A stretch of 20,000 nt of DNA from Chiloscyllium plagiosum. Its lineage: Eukaryota. The notes under the pieces were generated by a model. It did no database searches, was not told the origin of the DNA, and worked only from the letters and a program-made list of their open reading frames with translations. Of this stretch, positions 1-10,523 are shown piece by piece. Where the stretch lies: contig NC_057720.1 of assembly GCF_004010195.1 (NCBI RefSeq), positions 33,455,677 to 33,475,676 of the forward strand. Direction: 5' to 3'. The translations under genes were made by a program, and so were the position numbers. Each line of letters starts with the position of its first letter. Position 1 is the stretch's first letter.

Positions 1-59
1 CTGTTCCAGCAATAAAGTTTCAACTTTGATCTCCAGCATCTGCAGACCTCACTTTCTCC
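1..59 (+). mobile_element. 3' tail of a HHR-bearing Penelope-derived mini-element, cut by the window edge
   Basis: TGATCTCCAGCATCTGCAGACCTCACTTTCTCC matches the tail of the copies at 2237-2448, 16406-16530 and 17187-17400. Confidence 0.8.
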
Positions 60-140
60 TCCTAGTGCAATCACATCCTTAACTGTGTGGCATGAATGTT
101 ATTTGATATTTCTTAGCCTGAACCTGGATATCTGTGGGAC

Positions 141-262
141 ATCTTTTGATGAAGAGTCATCAAACTTGAAACATTAACTCTGCTTTCTTCCCACAAATGC
201 TGCCAGACATGTTTTTCCAGCAATCTCTGTTTTTGATTCATATCTCCAGCATCCACAGTTGT
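141..262 (+). mobile_element. Older PLE pseudo-LTR-like fragment with decayed hammerhead core
   Basis: tTGATGA-A-GAGTcatcaaACTT-GAAA-CATT (146-175), followed by AACTCTG...ATGCTGCCAGAC...TTCCAGCA, which is shared with 13693-13755 and 19088-19177. Confidence 0.65.
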
Positions 263-274
263 CTGTTTTATCAT

Positions 275-1770
275 AAACCTGAGTATTGTCCAGGTCCAAC
301 TGCATTTTCAGTCTCTGAAGAGTCATGAATTGTACTGGACATTGTGCATCATCAGTGAACATTCCCACTTTGACCTTCCGATCGATGGAAATTCATTGAT
401 GATACAGTTGAAGGTGGATGGACTTATGATCATACTCTAAAGAACTTCTTCAGAGATGTCCTTGAGCTGAGATGACTGGGTTCCATCACCTCAACCATCT
501 TCCATTGTGCAAGGTATGACTGTAAACAATGGACAATTAACCCCAGACCCCATTTACTCCAGTTTTGCCAGGATTCTTTGATTAGGAGAAAGTGATGACT
601 GCAGATACTGGAGAGTCAGAGTTGAAAAGCGTGGTGCTGGAAAAAGCACAGCTGGTCAGGCAGCATCCGAGGAGCAAGAGAGTCAATGTTGCCTGATGAA
701 GGGCTTATGTCCAAAATGTCGATTCTCCTGCTCCTCGGATGCTGCTTGACCAGCTGTGCCTTTTCCAGCACTACACTTTTCGACCCAGGAGTCTTTGATG
801 CCAAATTGGTCTAATGCTGCCTTGAAATTAAGGGCAATTACTTCTTCTCCCCATTGGAGGCCATCTTTTTTGATAATATTTGGACCAAGGCAGTAACGAG
901 GTCAGGAACTGGATGGTTTTGGCAGCAAACTGAACCCAAAATGAACATCAGTGAGCAGGTCATTTCTGAGCAAGTGTTGCTTGATAGCACTGTTGATGGC
1001 ATCTTTCATCACAATATGATTGAGAAAAGACTGATGGGGTGTAATTGGCTGGGTTGGATTTGTTCTGCTTTTTATGTACAAGACATACCTGGACAATTTT
1101 CTAGGAACATACCAGTTTTGTAGATGTATTGAGACAGATTGGCGAGGGCATGACAAGTTCTGGAGCATGCATCTTCTGTACTATTGCCTGAATATTGTCA
1201 GGACCCATAATGTATTAAATTTGCCAAACCCTGGCATCTATGAAGCTGGGGACCACCAGAGATGGCCAAGATGGATCATCCACTTGGCAAATTATTGCAA
1301 ATGCTTGAGCTTTATCTCTTGCACAATACGTTAGGTTCTTCCATTGTTGAAGATGGTATTTGTGAAGCCTTCTCCTCCAGTGAATTGCTTAATTTTTCAC
1401 CACCATTCCTGGTTAGATGTGGCAGGACTGCAGGTATTAGATCTGATATGTTGATTGTGGAATCGCTAGGCACCATCTATCACTTGCTGTTTTTGTTCAA
1501 GTAGTTCTGTAGTGTAGCTTCACCAGGATGACACTTAATTTTTAGATATGCTTTGTACTGCTTCTGGCATGCCCTCTTGCTTTCTTCATTAATCCCCTGA
1601 TTTGATATTAAGAGTGGGCCTTTCCAGGCAACTCTGCCTCTGGTGATGGCCCACAGTGCCTCATAGATGCCCAATCTTGAGTTGCTAGATCTGTTCAAAA
1701 TCTATCCCACTTAGCACAGTGGTAGCACCACACAACAGGATGGATGGTATCCTCAATGACAAGATGGAAC
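275..1770 (-). mobile_element. Decayed CR1/L2-clade LINE ORF2 fragment (RT), interrupted by a mini-element at 583-784
   Basis: Minus-strand translation gives degenerate RT motifs: MFTDD (YADD-like, ~348-362), IALNFKAALDQ (ALDIKAAFDR-like, ~805-840), INSAIKQHLLRNDLLTDVHFGF (ORF 902-1168) and an NYRPISL-like motif. Many stops and frameshifts. Confidence 0.8.
583..784 (-). mobile_element. Palindromic HHR mini-element copy 1 (tailed arm on minus strand)
   Basis: Inverted arms. HHR core on + at 693-720 has G12>A. TSD CCAGGA(T/G)TCTTTGAT at 568-582 and 785-799. Confidence 0.85.
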
Positions 1771-1814
1771 TTAGCCTTCAATATTTGTTTATCTTATCTG
1801 ATTCTATTGCAAAC

Positions 1815-1990
1815 AGGAGAAAGTGAGGACCTCAGATGCTGGAGATCAGAGTTGAGAGTGTAGTGCTGGAAAAGCACAGCAGATCAGGCAGCATCTGAGG
1901 AGCAAGCCTGATGAAGGGCTTATGTCCGAACCATCGATTCTCCTGCTCTTCGGATGCTGCCTGACCTGCTGTGCTTTTCCAGCAATACAC
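1815..1990 (-). mobile_element. Palindromic HHR mini-element copy 2
   Basis: Inverted arms. CTGATGAAGGGCTTATGTCCGAACCATC at 1908-1935. TSD TCTATTGCA(G)AAC at 1803-1814 and 1991-2003. Confidence 0.85.
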
Positions 1991-2236
1991 TCTATTGCAG
2001 AACAGGCCAGCATTGCCTGCAGCATCTCTGGAATGATTTCCAGTAAAATGTTTTAAATAATGACTTTACCACTCCTATATTTGAAGACTGGATTATCTTT
2101 TCCACATTTTAATCATGAATACCTTCCCTGACAGATTTCTGTTGAAAGTGCAATGCCTGTCCAATTTACCATTTGCAAATGCTGACAGATTTTCTAGGGT
2201 TCATTTAAATAATTCAGTCAGCGTCTAATTGAGAGT

Positions 2237-2448
2237 CAAAAGGTGTGGCGCTATAAAAGCACAGCAGATTAGGCATCATCCGGGGAGCAGGGGAGTTGAT
2301 GTTTTGGGCATAAGCCCATCATTCCTGATGAAGGGCTTATGCCCGAAACGTGGACTCTCCTGCTCCTTGGATGCTGTCTGACCTGCTGTGCTTTTCCAGT
2401 GCCATTCTTTTCTACTCTGATCTCCAGCATCTGCAGTCCTCACTTTAA
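2237..2448 (+). mobile_element. Palindromic HHR mini-element copy 3 (tailed arm on plus strand)
   Basis: Core CTGATGAAGGGCTTATGCCCGAAACGTG at 2325-2352. TSD CAG(C/A)GTCT(A/G)ATTGAGAGT at 2219-2236 and 2449-2466. Confidence 0.85.
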
Positions 2449-2769
2449 CAGAGTCTGATTGAGAGTTCACCAACCAGGGTGATGGTAAAATAAATATTTT
2501 TGGCTGGAAGACACAAACACAAATGACAGCTTAAAGGTTGATACATCAGGAACATTCAAATTCATAACTTAAGCTCACACAGGTTTTCAGAGACGATGGT
2601 TAAAGCGCAATGGCCGAAAGAGGTCCTGTTTGGGACAGAAAGGAGTAGGACATTTGAAAGAAATATTCAGACATGTTGGAAGGAGGTGGTCATTTTTATC
2701 TGCCACCTTTATGGCCCAATATCTGGTAACTCATTACTTGGGACTATGACGGACACGGGTTCAGCTGAA

Positions 2770-2915
2770 GCATTCGGACTGTTTTCTGAAAGAAAAGAAT
2801 GTGCAGGGATATGGGAGAAGACTAGAAAATGGCACTAAGTGAATTGCTCATTCAGTGAGTTAGTGCACATGTAGGGCTGACTAACCTCCTTCTGTGCTGA
2901 AGTAATTCTCTGATA
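2770..2915 (+). mobile_element. Old CR1-type LINE 3' end
   Basis: GGGATATGGGAGAAG...GGGCTGACTAACCTCCTTCTGTGCTG...ATTCTCTGAT resembles the CR1 3' terminal stem-loop and tail seen at 13590-13629 and 18630-18677. Confidence 0.5.
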
Positions 2916-4716
2916 AAAACATATTATTCTTATTCACCTTGAAAAGACAAGAGTGATCAGACTTACTTGCTAAATTGCAATTTCCAGGATGCGGACAAGA
3001 AAGACTTCTTCGCATTATTAGAAACAACACTACAAGACAACCAACTGCACAGAAGAAAGGTAGTCGTATTGACATTAAGCAGAAAAAAGGAAAGAAACAC
3101 ACTCAATACACAAGAAAGGAATGCACTAGAAAGACTAAAAAAAGATAAAAACATTGTTACTCTACCTGCAGACAAAGAATGCTTGACAGTCATCTTAAAC
3201 CAAAAAGACAACATTGAAAAAGTGAACGCACTACTTGCAGATACCAACACTTACCAACAAGTGGCAATAGACCCAACCCCACAACTAGAGAACCGAATCA
3301 CAGCCCTACTCAAAAATCTCAGAAATCTGGAGAAATAAATAAGATTGACTTCCAAAAATGAAACCAAACACCATGCTTCTACGGATTACCCAAAATTCAC
3401 AAATCAGGAACCCCCCCCCCTCAGACCCATAGTCTCGCTACCTGGAACACCATCTTACAGTTTGCCAAGGAGCCACAAGAAAGACTAAAACACTTAGTAG
3501 AAGACTGACGCCACTCTATCCACTCCACCCAAAAATTCCTGATACCCATCAAAGACAGGAAGATAGAAGAGGATGAAATAATGGTCTCTTTTGATGTAAC
3601 AGCCCTGTCTACATCTATCCACATCAACCTGGCCAAGGAAACACTGACTACTCTATTAGAAGACCCAAATGACACATACACCACGCACCACCAACTTCAT
3701 CAGCAAAGACAGTATCATCAAACTAGTGGACCTACGCCTTATCACCCACTTCACCTTCAACAACAAATCTACGGACAAACCAACAGAACACCCATGGGAT
3801 CTCCGATATAAGGGTTCTTAGCAGAGGCAGTAATGCAGAGACTCAAACAAACAGCTCTGCCAACCATCCAACCCAAACTTTGGGTACGCTATGTGCATGA
3901 CGCCTTTATCATCACTAAATGAAACAAATTAGAGGAAACCTTCAAGATCACCAATAACACCCTTAATGGCATAAAATTCACTAAAGAGGAGGAAAACAAC
4001 AACAAATTGCCATTCCTAGATGTCACAGTAGAGTGAACAGCCAATGGGGAACTTCAAACCAGTGTCTACAGGAAAACAACACATGCAGACCAAATATTGA
4101 ACTACAAAAGCAATTATCCCAACATCCACAAATGAAGCTGCATCAGAATACTATTCCAACGAGCCACCACATACTGCAGCACAGAGGAACTATGCAGAGC
4201 AGAGGAAAATCACCTATACAGTGTATTAAAAAAGAATGGGTACCCAATGAACACAGTCCACAGATTTCTCAGCAACAACCCCAAACAAGCAGACAAAATG
4301 CATCCAGAAACCCTAGCCACTCTTCCCTACATGAAAGACAAGTCAGAAATGACTGCCAGACTACTGAGACTCCTTGGCGTCATCGTAGCCTACAAACCCA
4401 CCAAAACAGTAGGTAATGAACTTGAAAGACCCTGTATAGACAACGAGCAAAACTAATGTCATGTACAAAATAGGCAGAAAACTAGCCACCAGAATACATG
4501 AACATCAACTAGCCACAAAAATGACATGACCCTCTCTCACTAATATCCTCACATACAGATGAGGAAGGACACCACTTCGACTGGGACAACACATCCATCC
4601 TAGGATAAGCCAAATGGAGACACGCACGAGAATTCCTAGAAGTATGGCATTCTAACTGGAACTCTATCAACAAACACATTGACTTGTACCCAATTTACCA
4701 CCCCCTGAGAAAAAGA

Positions 4717-4770
4717 ACAGGAAATGACATCATCATAGGAAATGATATAACCACAGGAAATGACATCACA
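4717..4770 (+). repeat. 3 x 18-bp tandem repeat in the PLE 3' region
   Basis: ACAGGAAATGACATCATC / ATAGGAAATGATATAACC / ACAGGAAATGACATCACA. Confidence 0.85.
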
Positions 4771-4827
4771 AACCCAAAGAAACCCAAACATATAAACAGA
4801 AAGCAGGGATCATTAGCAATGCTTCAT

Positions 4828-4890
4828 CTGGAGGCTCACTGAAGATGTTACCTAACATAGTGACGAAACGTCTGAAAATGAACCTTCCAG
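4828..4890 (+). ncRNA. Type I hammerhead ribozyme in the PLE pseudo-LTR
   Basis: CUGAAGA (4839-4845), U, stem II GUUAC..GUGAC (4847-4864), GAAA (4865-4868), minimal palindromic stem III ACGU, and a GUC cleavage triplet (C4872). Stem I is UCA/UGA plus distal CUGGAGG/CC(U)UCCAG around an internal loop. Confidence 0.85.
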
Positions 4891-4984
4891 CTCAGTGAGC
4901 AAACCTATATCCAGAACACTTACTAAGAACATGCTACACTAATCATGTTTGTCACTCACAGTCTTCTTTGTTTTAGTCATAAAC

Positions 4985-5200
4985 AACAGTAATTGTGATG
5001 CAATATATCTCCTCAACCGCTTTGACCTTATTGACATGATTTACCACACTATTCTCTTCCAACATCTCTCCTTCGCCTAAAATGGTAGAACTACCCTCTT
5101 TTGTTTTAATCTCGTAATGGAAAAGCTCTGTTTTAATGTAGTTTTGATTAACATTCTTCTTATCCAAGGTGAAAAATCACACGTATGACATCATCATTTC
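4985..5200 (+). mobile_element. Very old L2-like RT fragment
   Basis: Plus frame reads YLLNRFDLIDMIYHTILFQHLS, resembling the L2 RT segment LLDLSAAFDTVDHTILLQRLS. Confidence 0.35.
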
Positions 5201-5734
5201 TTCACTCATTGTAAGCTCACATTTAATTTGGCTGGATATATATAGCCAATACAGCAAACATTGTTGGGAATACAGGATAACAGGTTCCTGTCACATTAAG
5301 ATAAAAGATTGACAAAACAAAGACATAATTCAGCCTGTTAAGCCTTCCTATACATTTCACACTGAGAAGACAGGTGAATAGATAGTTTGCATAGTTCTCT
5401 GTATAAGTCTTGTCACTGGTGAATTTCATAAGAACTCATAGATATAAGCTGTGTTAAAAATTTTAAAATTGTTTTATGTTCAATTAATATTCAGCATAAT
5501 GGTTCAAATAGCTTCAATGCATGTTCTCAATGATCACCAACTTTATAATGTTCTGAATGTCATTTCCTTAAGAAATTCCTTTGAAAGGCAGGAGAAATTG
5601 TTAATTTACTTGACCAGCAGAGGGCATGCTTTTTATTCAGACAGGGAAGTTAAATGTAAATTTCTCCTGTTTAATCAACAAAGTTTCCATGCAACAATAT
5701 AATTGATATTGATCATGGTTCAGATGTTTATTAC

Positions 5735-6262
5735 ACTTCTTCACGAATACACTACCTTCCAAACCAATAACCTCTACTAGGAGAAAGTGAGGACTGCAGA
5801 TGCTGGAGATCAGAGTCGAGAGTGTGGTGCTGGAAAAGCACAGCAGGTCAGGCAGCATCCGAAGAGCAGGAAAATCGACGTTTTGGGCATAAGTCCTTCA
5901 TCAGAATTCCTGATGAAGGGCTTATGCCCAAAATGTCGATTCTCCTGCTCCTTGGATGCTGCCTGACCTTTTGTAATTTTCCAGCACCGCATTCTCAACA
6001 TTAACCTCTCCTACCTGGAAAGATAAGGGCAGCAGATGCATGGGAATGCCACAAGTCTGAGTTCCCCTCCAAGTCACACTCCATCTGAATTTGGAACTAT
6101 TTTGCCATTCCTTCATTGTTGCAGGGTCAAAATCCTGGAACACCTTCCCTAAGAGCCCATTAAGTGAACGTACATCTCATAGGCAGCAGCGGTTTCTGTA
6201 GGCATCTCATCATCATGTCCTCAAGGACAAATAGGGATAGGCCAACCACTGATACTCACACT
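5735..6262 (+). mobile_element. 3' end of a CR1/L2-clade LINE, interrupted by mini-element copy 4
   Basis: GGGTCAAAATCCTGGAACACCTTCCCT (W-N-x-L-P-like end of ORF2). The terminal CTCAAGGACAAATAGGGATAGG is homologous to the 3' end of the SINE at 10196-10425 (minus strand). Confidence 0.65.
5780..5998 (-). mobile_element. Palindromic HHR mini-element copy 4, with two head-to-head HHR cores
   Basis: Cores at 5877-5904 (-) and 5910-5937 (+), separated by AATTC, both with G12>A. TSD TAACCTCT(A/C)CTA at 5768-5779 and 6002-6013. Confidence 0.88.
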
Positions 6263-6487
6263 AACAATACCAAATATGAAAAATAACAGTGTATTACATA
6301 AATATTAATGGAAGTCAATGTTTAGGGGAAAATATTATGTATTGTAAAATATATGCTTTTGATATTAATATAAAGGGAACAGTTGATTATAATTAATGTG
6401 CTTCAACTCGGTGAAAGTGACTCTCATCTCTTAAAATCATTCCATTAAACAGGATGGTTGATGAAAGTTGATTTGTTGCAGTCTAAA

Positions 6488-6694
6488 GGAGAAAGTGAGG
6501 ACTGCAGATGCTGGAGATCAGAGCTGAAAATGTGTTGCTGGAAAAGCGCAGCAGGTCAGGCAGCATCCAAGGAACAGGAGAATCGACGTTTCGGGCATAA
6601 GCCCTTCGTCAGGCTTATGCCCGAAACGTCGATTCTCCTGTTCCTTGGATGCTGCCTGACCTGCTGCGCTTTTCCAGCAACACATTTTCAGCTC
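6488..6694 (-). mobile_element. Palindromic HHR mini-element copy 5 (young; perfect 83-bp inverted repeat)
   Basis: Arms 6521-6603 and 6612-6694 are exact reverse complements around an 8-nt spacer. Intact core CUGACGA..GAAACGUC on minus at 6585-6612. Perfect 13-bp TSD GTTGCAGTCTAAA at 6475-6487 and 6695-6707. Confidence 0.92.
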
Positions 6695-7109
6695 GTTGCA
6701 GTCTAAAAACAAGCAGCTTATTGGTCTCTTTACTGGTTAGTTCCATGAAATGACACATTTAATTTTAACTGGTTTTGCCCTTGAGTACAGTTTGGAAATT
6801 ATTAATTTGAATTTACACAAGAAGGGACAAAGAAAGGAATGGTTCACCTTAACAATGTAACTGTTCATTTGGTCCCTAATTAAGATATACAATCAGATAA
6901 ATGTGTTTGTTGCAAGCATTGATACTCACTCCTTAACTAGTTTTGGAATTTTTCACATCCATTTCATTATTTATGTCATATATTTTTAGCAAGAATCCAA
7001 ATGATTTATTTTCCAATTCTTGCCTTATTTTGTTCTACTTAGCTTTGTGACCATCCAAAAATTACTACACCATTTTTGATTTTGTTAGATATTTTTCTTT
7101 TATTACTTT

Positions 7110-8130
7110 CCTCTATTATCGACATGGCTGGGAAATTGGTTGAGTGGCAAGTGACACAAAGTAGTGATGATGTGTTGGTACTCAGATTGGCAGGATGTGA
7201 CCATTGGAGTCCCACAAGAATCTGTGTTAGGGCCTCATTTATTCACATTATTTATTAATGACTTGAATAATGGCATTGAAAGTATATATCCTAATTTGTT
7301 TATAACACAAAGTTAAATGGCATTGTAGGTCATGATGACGATGGCATAAAATTACAACGGGGTATTAATAGACTGAGTGAATGTGCATAATGTGGCAGAT
7401 GAAGTTCAAAGTAAACAAGTGTAGGTTATCCATTTTGGATGAAAAAGAACAGGTATACAGATCTTTAAAATGACATGAACAAGTCTAGAAAGTTATCACG
7501 AAAACTAGTGAAATTCTGGTCTTTATATCTCGACAACTGGAATACAACAATGCAGAAGTTATGCTGCAGTTATACAAACCCTGGTTGGACCCAACTTGGA
7601 AAATTGTAAGCAGATGTGGACATCACACCTTAGGAAGAATATATTGGTCTTGGAGGGAGTACAACATAAGTTTACAAGAATAACAAAACCTGGATTTCTA
7701 GGGTTATGTTATGAGGAGAGATTATATAAATTAGGCCTGTTTTCGTTAACTGTTACAAGGTGATACGATCAAAGTCTTCAAAAGATTAAACAGGAAAAGA
7801 CAAGTAGAACAAAGAGAAACCACTTCCACTCTTTGGGGATTCAAGAGCTAGGGGGCATAGTATGAGAATTTGGATCAGACTGTTCAAGAGAGATGTTAGG
7901 AAGCACTTCTACAAACAAAGAATGGTAAATGTTTGAAACTCTCTTCCACAAACAGCAGTGGATGCTGAATCAGTTGTTAATTATAGATAAATCTTTGTGA
8001 GCAAATGCATGAAAAGATTTGGGTCAAGGGCAGGAATATGGAGTTAGGCCATAGATCAGCCATGATTTCATTGAATGTTGGATCACACATCAGGGGCTGA
8101 ATAGCCTACTCCTGTTCCTAAGTTCCTATT
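7110..8130 (+). mobile_element. Old CR1 LINE, 3' ~1 kb
   Basis: [23 protein letters not shown] (~7196-7265), downstream CR1 ORF2 remnants, and terminal GGGCTGAATAGCCTACTCCTGTTCCTAAGTTCCTAT. Confidence 0.85.
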
Positions 8131-8364
8131 ATGACCACGTTTATGCAGGATGAGGGTTTTAGGCACATTTCTTTGAGATTGAGAATTACCTTTAAGTATT
8201 TGAAGCCTGACTCTCTCAAGATTAAGTATTACGAATAATATTTACAAGTACAGATGATCTGCATGAGATATGCCTGCTTTGGAGCAGTGAAGTATATACT
8301 CTGTGAATTGTCGGAATGCCTTCATCTTTATGATATTGGAAAGTTAGCTCCACATGTGTAGGAA

Positions 8365-8445
8365 ATAAAAGCATAAAATGTTTGGAAATACCCAGCAGGT
8401 CAGGCAACAATGGTGCAGAGAGAAACATCATCAATATTTCAGATC
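8365..8445 (-). mobile_element. Highly decayed older PLE pseudo-LTR fragment
   Basis: The reverse complement resembles GAAAyrTT..TTTCTCT..TGCCTGACCTGCTG..TTTCCA, as at 19088-19177. Confidence 0.45.
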
Positions 8446-8964
8446 ATTTACTTTTTCGGACATGAGAAGTTCTTTAGACTAATCAGTTACGTTCTCTTTC
8501 TTTAATATATAACTTGCAATCTATAAACTCAGTGACAGAGACAGCAGTCTTGAAACAGGTAAGATTTCATTCATGGATTATACAAGCTTCCAGTGCATAT
8601 TGAGTCTGATACATTTTAAGACTAAAGATTAGCAGCCAGAATTGTATTAATCCATTCCTTAGAACTTTTTAAAATGTTAAACATTTACTTTAATGTATTC
8701 AAGCAAGCAAAGTATAATAGATGACAACAGCTTGCATTTATATAATGTCTTTAACATAACAAAACATCCATGGGCATTTCATGAGGGATTATCAAAAAAA
8801 AATTTGACTCAGAATCATTATGGTGCAGAAGAAGAAAATTCAACCCATTGTGTTGAAATACTATTCGCTCTTCCTTCTCTGTAACCTTGGGTGTGGCTCC
8901 TCTTTAATAATAGTCAATTAAGGAATATAAATATTGACAGATAATTAATAAACATTCAGTGCCC

Positions 8965-9400
8965 TCTCGGATATCGTCATTGATCCTGCCTTCACCACAA
9001 TTCCAGGCAATGCATTCTAGACCTGAACCACTCGTTGCATCAAAACGTTATTTCTCACATTTACTTCTTTTGCAAATTATGTTACATTTGTTCCCTCTCA
9101 TTCTTGATACATTTAAGATCAGGACCAATTTCTCCCTGTCTACTTTGGTCAGACCTGTCATGATTTCAAAAACATCAATAAAATCTCCTCTTAGCTCTAT
9201 TCCCATTCAACAAAAACCATTCCAACCTCTCCAACATATCTCAAGAGATGAAGTTTCTCATCTTTGGATTCATTCTTGTAAATCTCTTCCACAATCTCTC
9301 CAATGTTTTCACATCCTTCCAAAAATGTGGCACCCAGAACTATATACAATACACCTGCTGGGGTCTAACTACAGCTCAGTGTTAGCTTAACCTCAGTGCT
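8965..9400 (-). mobile_element. Old CR1 LINE fragment
   Basis: The reverse complement carries YCIQFW-like (GTGGCACCCAGAACTATATACAATAC) and RVV..WNALP-like (TTCCAGGCAATGCATTCTAGACC) segments homologous to 13110-13465. Confidence 0.7.
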
Positions 9401-9429
9401 CTTGAATGCGAAAGCTAAAGATGGCCAAA

Positions 9430-9920
9430 AGTTTTATTGAGGAGTTAAGACTTAAGGATCATTTTAAGGGAGGAATGAAAGGGAAAAAAGGAAATTTATG
9501 GAGGGAATACCAAGTTTTTGGGCTTTGGGAGCTGAAAGGATGGATTCCATTTGTCAAGCAAGATAAAACAGACATGGACAAAGATAGAATTGGAGGAATG
9601 CAGAAATCTTGGATGAGTGTGGGGTTGGAGCATATTCCAGAGATGGGACAGTCAAGGATGGGAATTTTAGAATTGAGGCTTTGGCATATTTAGAGTTTAT
9701 GTAGGTCAGAAGTCACAAGGATGTTGGATGATTGGGACTGTGTGAACTAAGAGACAAGCAACGGAGGTTTGGATGATCTCTAGTTTGAAGGGATGGTGAA
9801 CAGTAGATTATTAGAACACTTGAGCCCAGAGATGACAAACATATTGCTGTGTGTTTAGCAACAAATATGCAGTAATCTTAATAAATTGAAAGTAGCTGGC
9901 CTTGATTATGGAGAGGACTG
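9430..9920 (-). mobile_element. Possible ancient L2-like LINE remnant
   Basis: G-rich stretch with GGAGGGAATACCA and GAGGTTTGGATGATCTCTAGTTTG, reminiscent of antisense L2 ORF2 3' ends. Recognition only. Confidence 0.3.
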
Positions 9921-10195
9921 CAAGTTCTTTATTGAAAGGTTTCCTGACTGTGTTTATAGATGAACCACCAATGCTATTTATATATGTAAGTCTTTGAAAG
10001 CTATATTCAATTACATTCTAAAATATGCTTTTCTGAGATTTTGTATGTTCCTATGCACTACCATATTGTCCATTATGAATAAACAAGTTCTTTCTCTTTG
10101 TGGGTCTGGGAGCAGAGGGCACAATCACAGAATAAGGGATGACACAAGACAGAGATGACAAGAAATTGATTCTCTCAAGAGGATTTTTAAAAAAC

Positions 10196-10425
10196 TCATT
10201 CATGAGATGAGGGCATCGCTGGCTGGCCAGTATTGTTTGCCCATCCCTAATTGCCCAGAGAGCAGTTAAAGTCAATCTGGAATCATATGCAGGCCAAATC
10301 AGGTAAATATGGCATTTTCCTTCCTCTCTATGACTCTAAAGGGCATTACTGAACCAGATGGGTTTTCCCAACAATTGAGAATGGATTCATGGTCATCGTT
10401 AGACTCTCAATTCCAGATTTTTAGT
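10196..10425 (-). mobile_element. DeuSINE-like (SacSINE1-like) SINE, partial
   Basis: The reverse complement ends GGGCAATTAGGGATGGGCAAACAATACTGGCCAGCCAGCGATGCCCTCATCTCATGAATGA, similar to the LINE 3' end at ~6220-6260. Family assignment is from recognition. Confidence 0.6.
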
Positions 10426-10523
10426 AGGGAAAAAGTGTTGAGGAAACTGATGGAACTGAAGGCTAATAAATCATTTGGCCCTAACAAAGGGATCCGATGA
10501 TATGGGGGGAAATTGCAGGAACA
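10426..10523 (+). mobile_element. Short CR1 remnant (ORF2 internal piece fused to 3' region)
   Basis: REKVLRKLMELKANKSFGP (KSPGPD-like) runs directly into AAAGGGATCCGATGATATGGGGGG (CR1 3'-end-like). Confidence 0.5.

Larger units (their letters stand above)
2968..4917 (+). mobile_element. 5'-truncated Penelope-like retroelement (Penelope/Poseidon-type), with decayed RT + GIY-YIG endonuclease and 3' pseudo-LTR
   Basis: PLE-typical motifs in order: IVTLPADK, FYGLPKIHK..LRPIVS (~3377-3436), MVSFDVTAL (3581), PMGSP (3791-3805), WVRYVHD (RYVDD-like, 3881-3901), IKFT.EEE..LPFLD, VYRKTT, NVMYK..GRKLATRIHEH (GIY-YIG, ~4455-4505). Multiple stops and frameshifts. Candidate TSD ACTTACT at 2961-2967 and 4918-4924. 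Confidence 0.92.

Noticed and set aside
4717..4770. CRISPR-like or satellite array
   Set aside because: Only three adjacent units with no spacers, located inside a eukaryotic retroelement.
4973..5167. 64-aa minus-strand ORF
   Set aside because: No recognisable homology. The opposite strand looks like a decayed L2 RT remnant.
5810..6712. Near-identical ORFs on both strands (MCCWKSAAGQAASKEQENRRFGHK...)
   Set aside because: An artefact of translating palindromic repeats. Frames are not preserved between copies.
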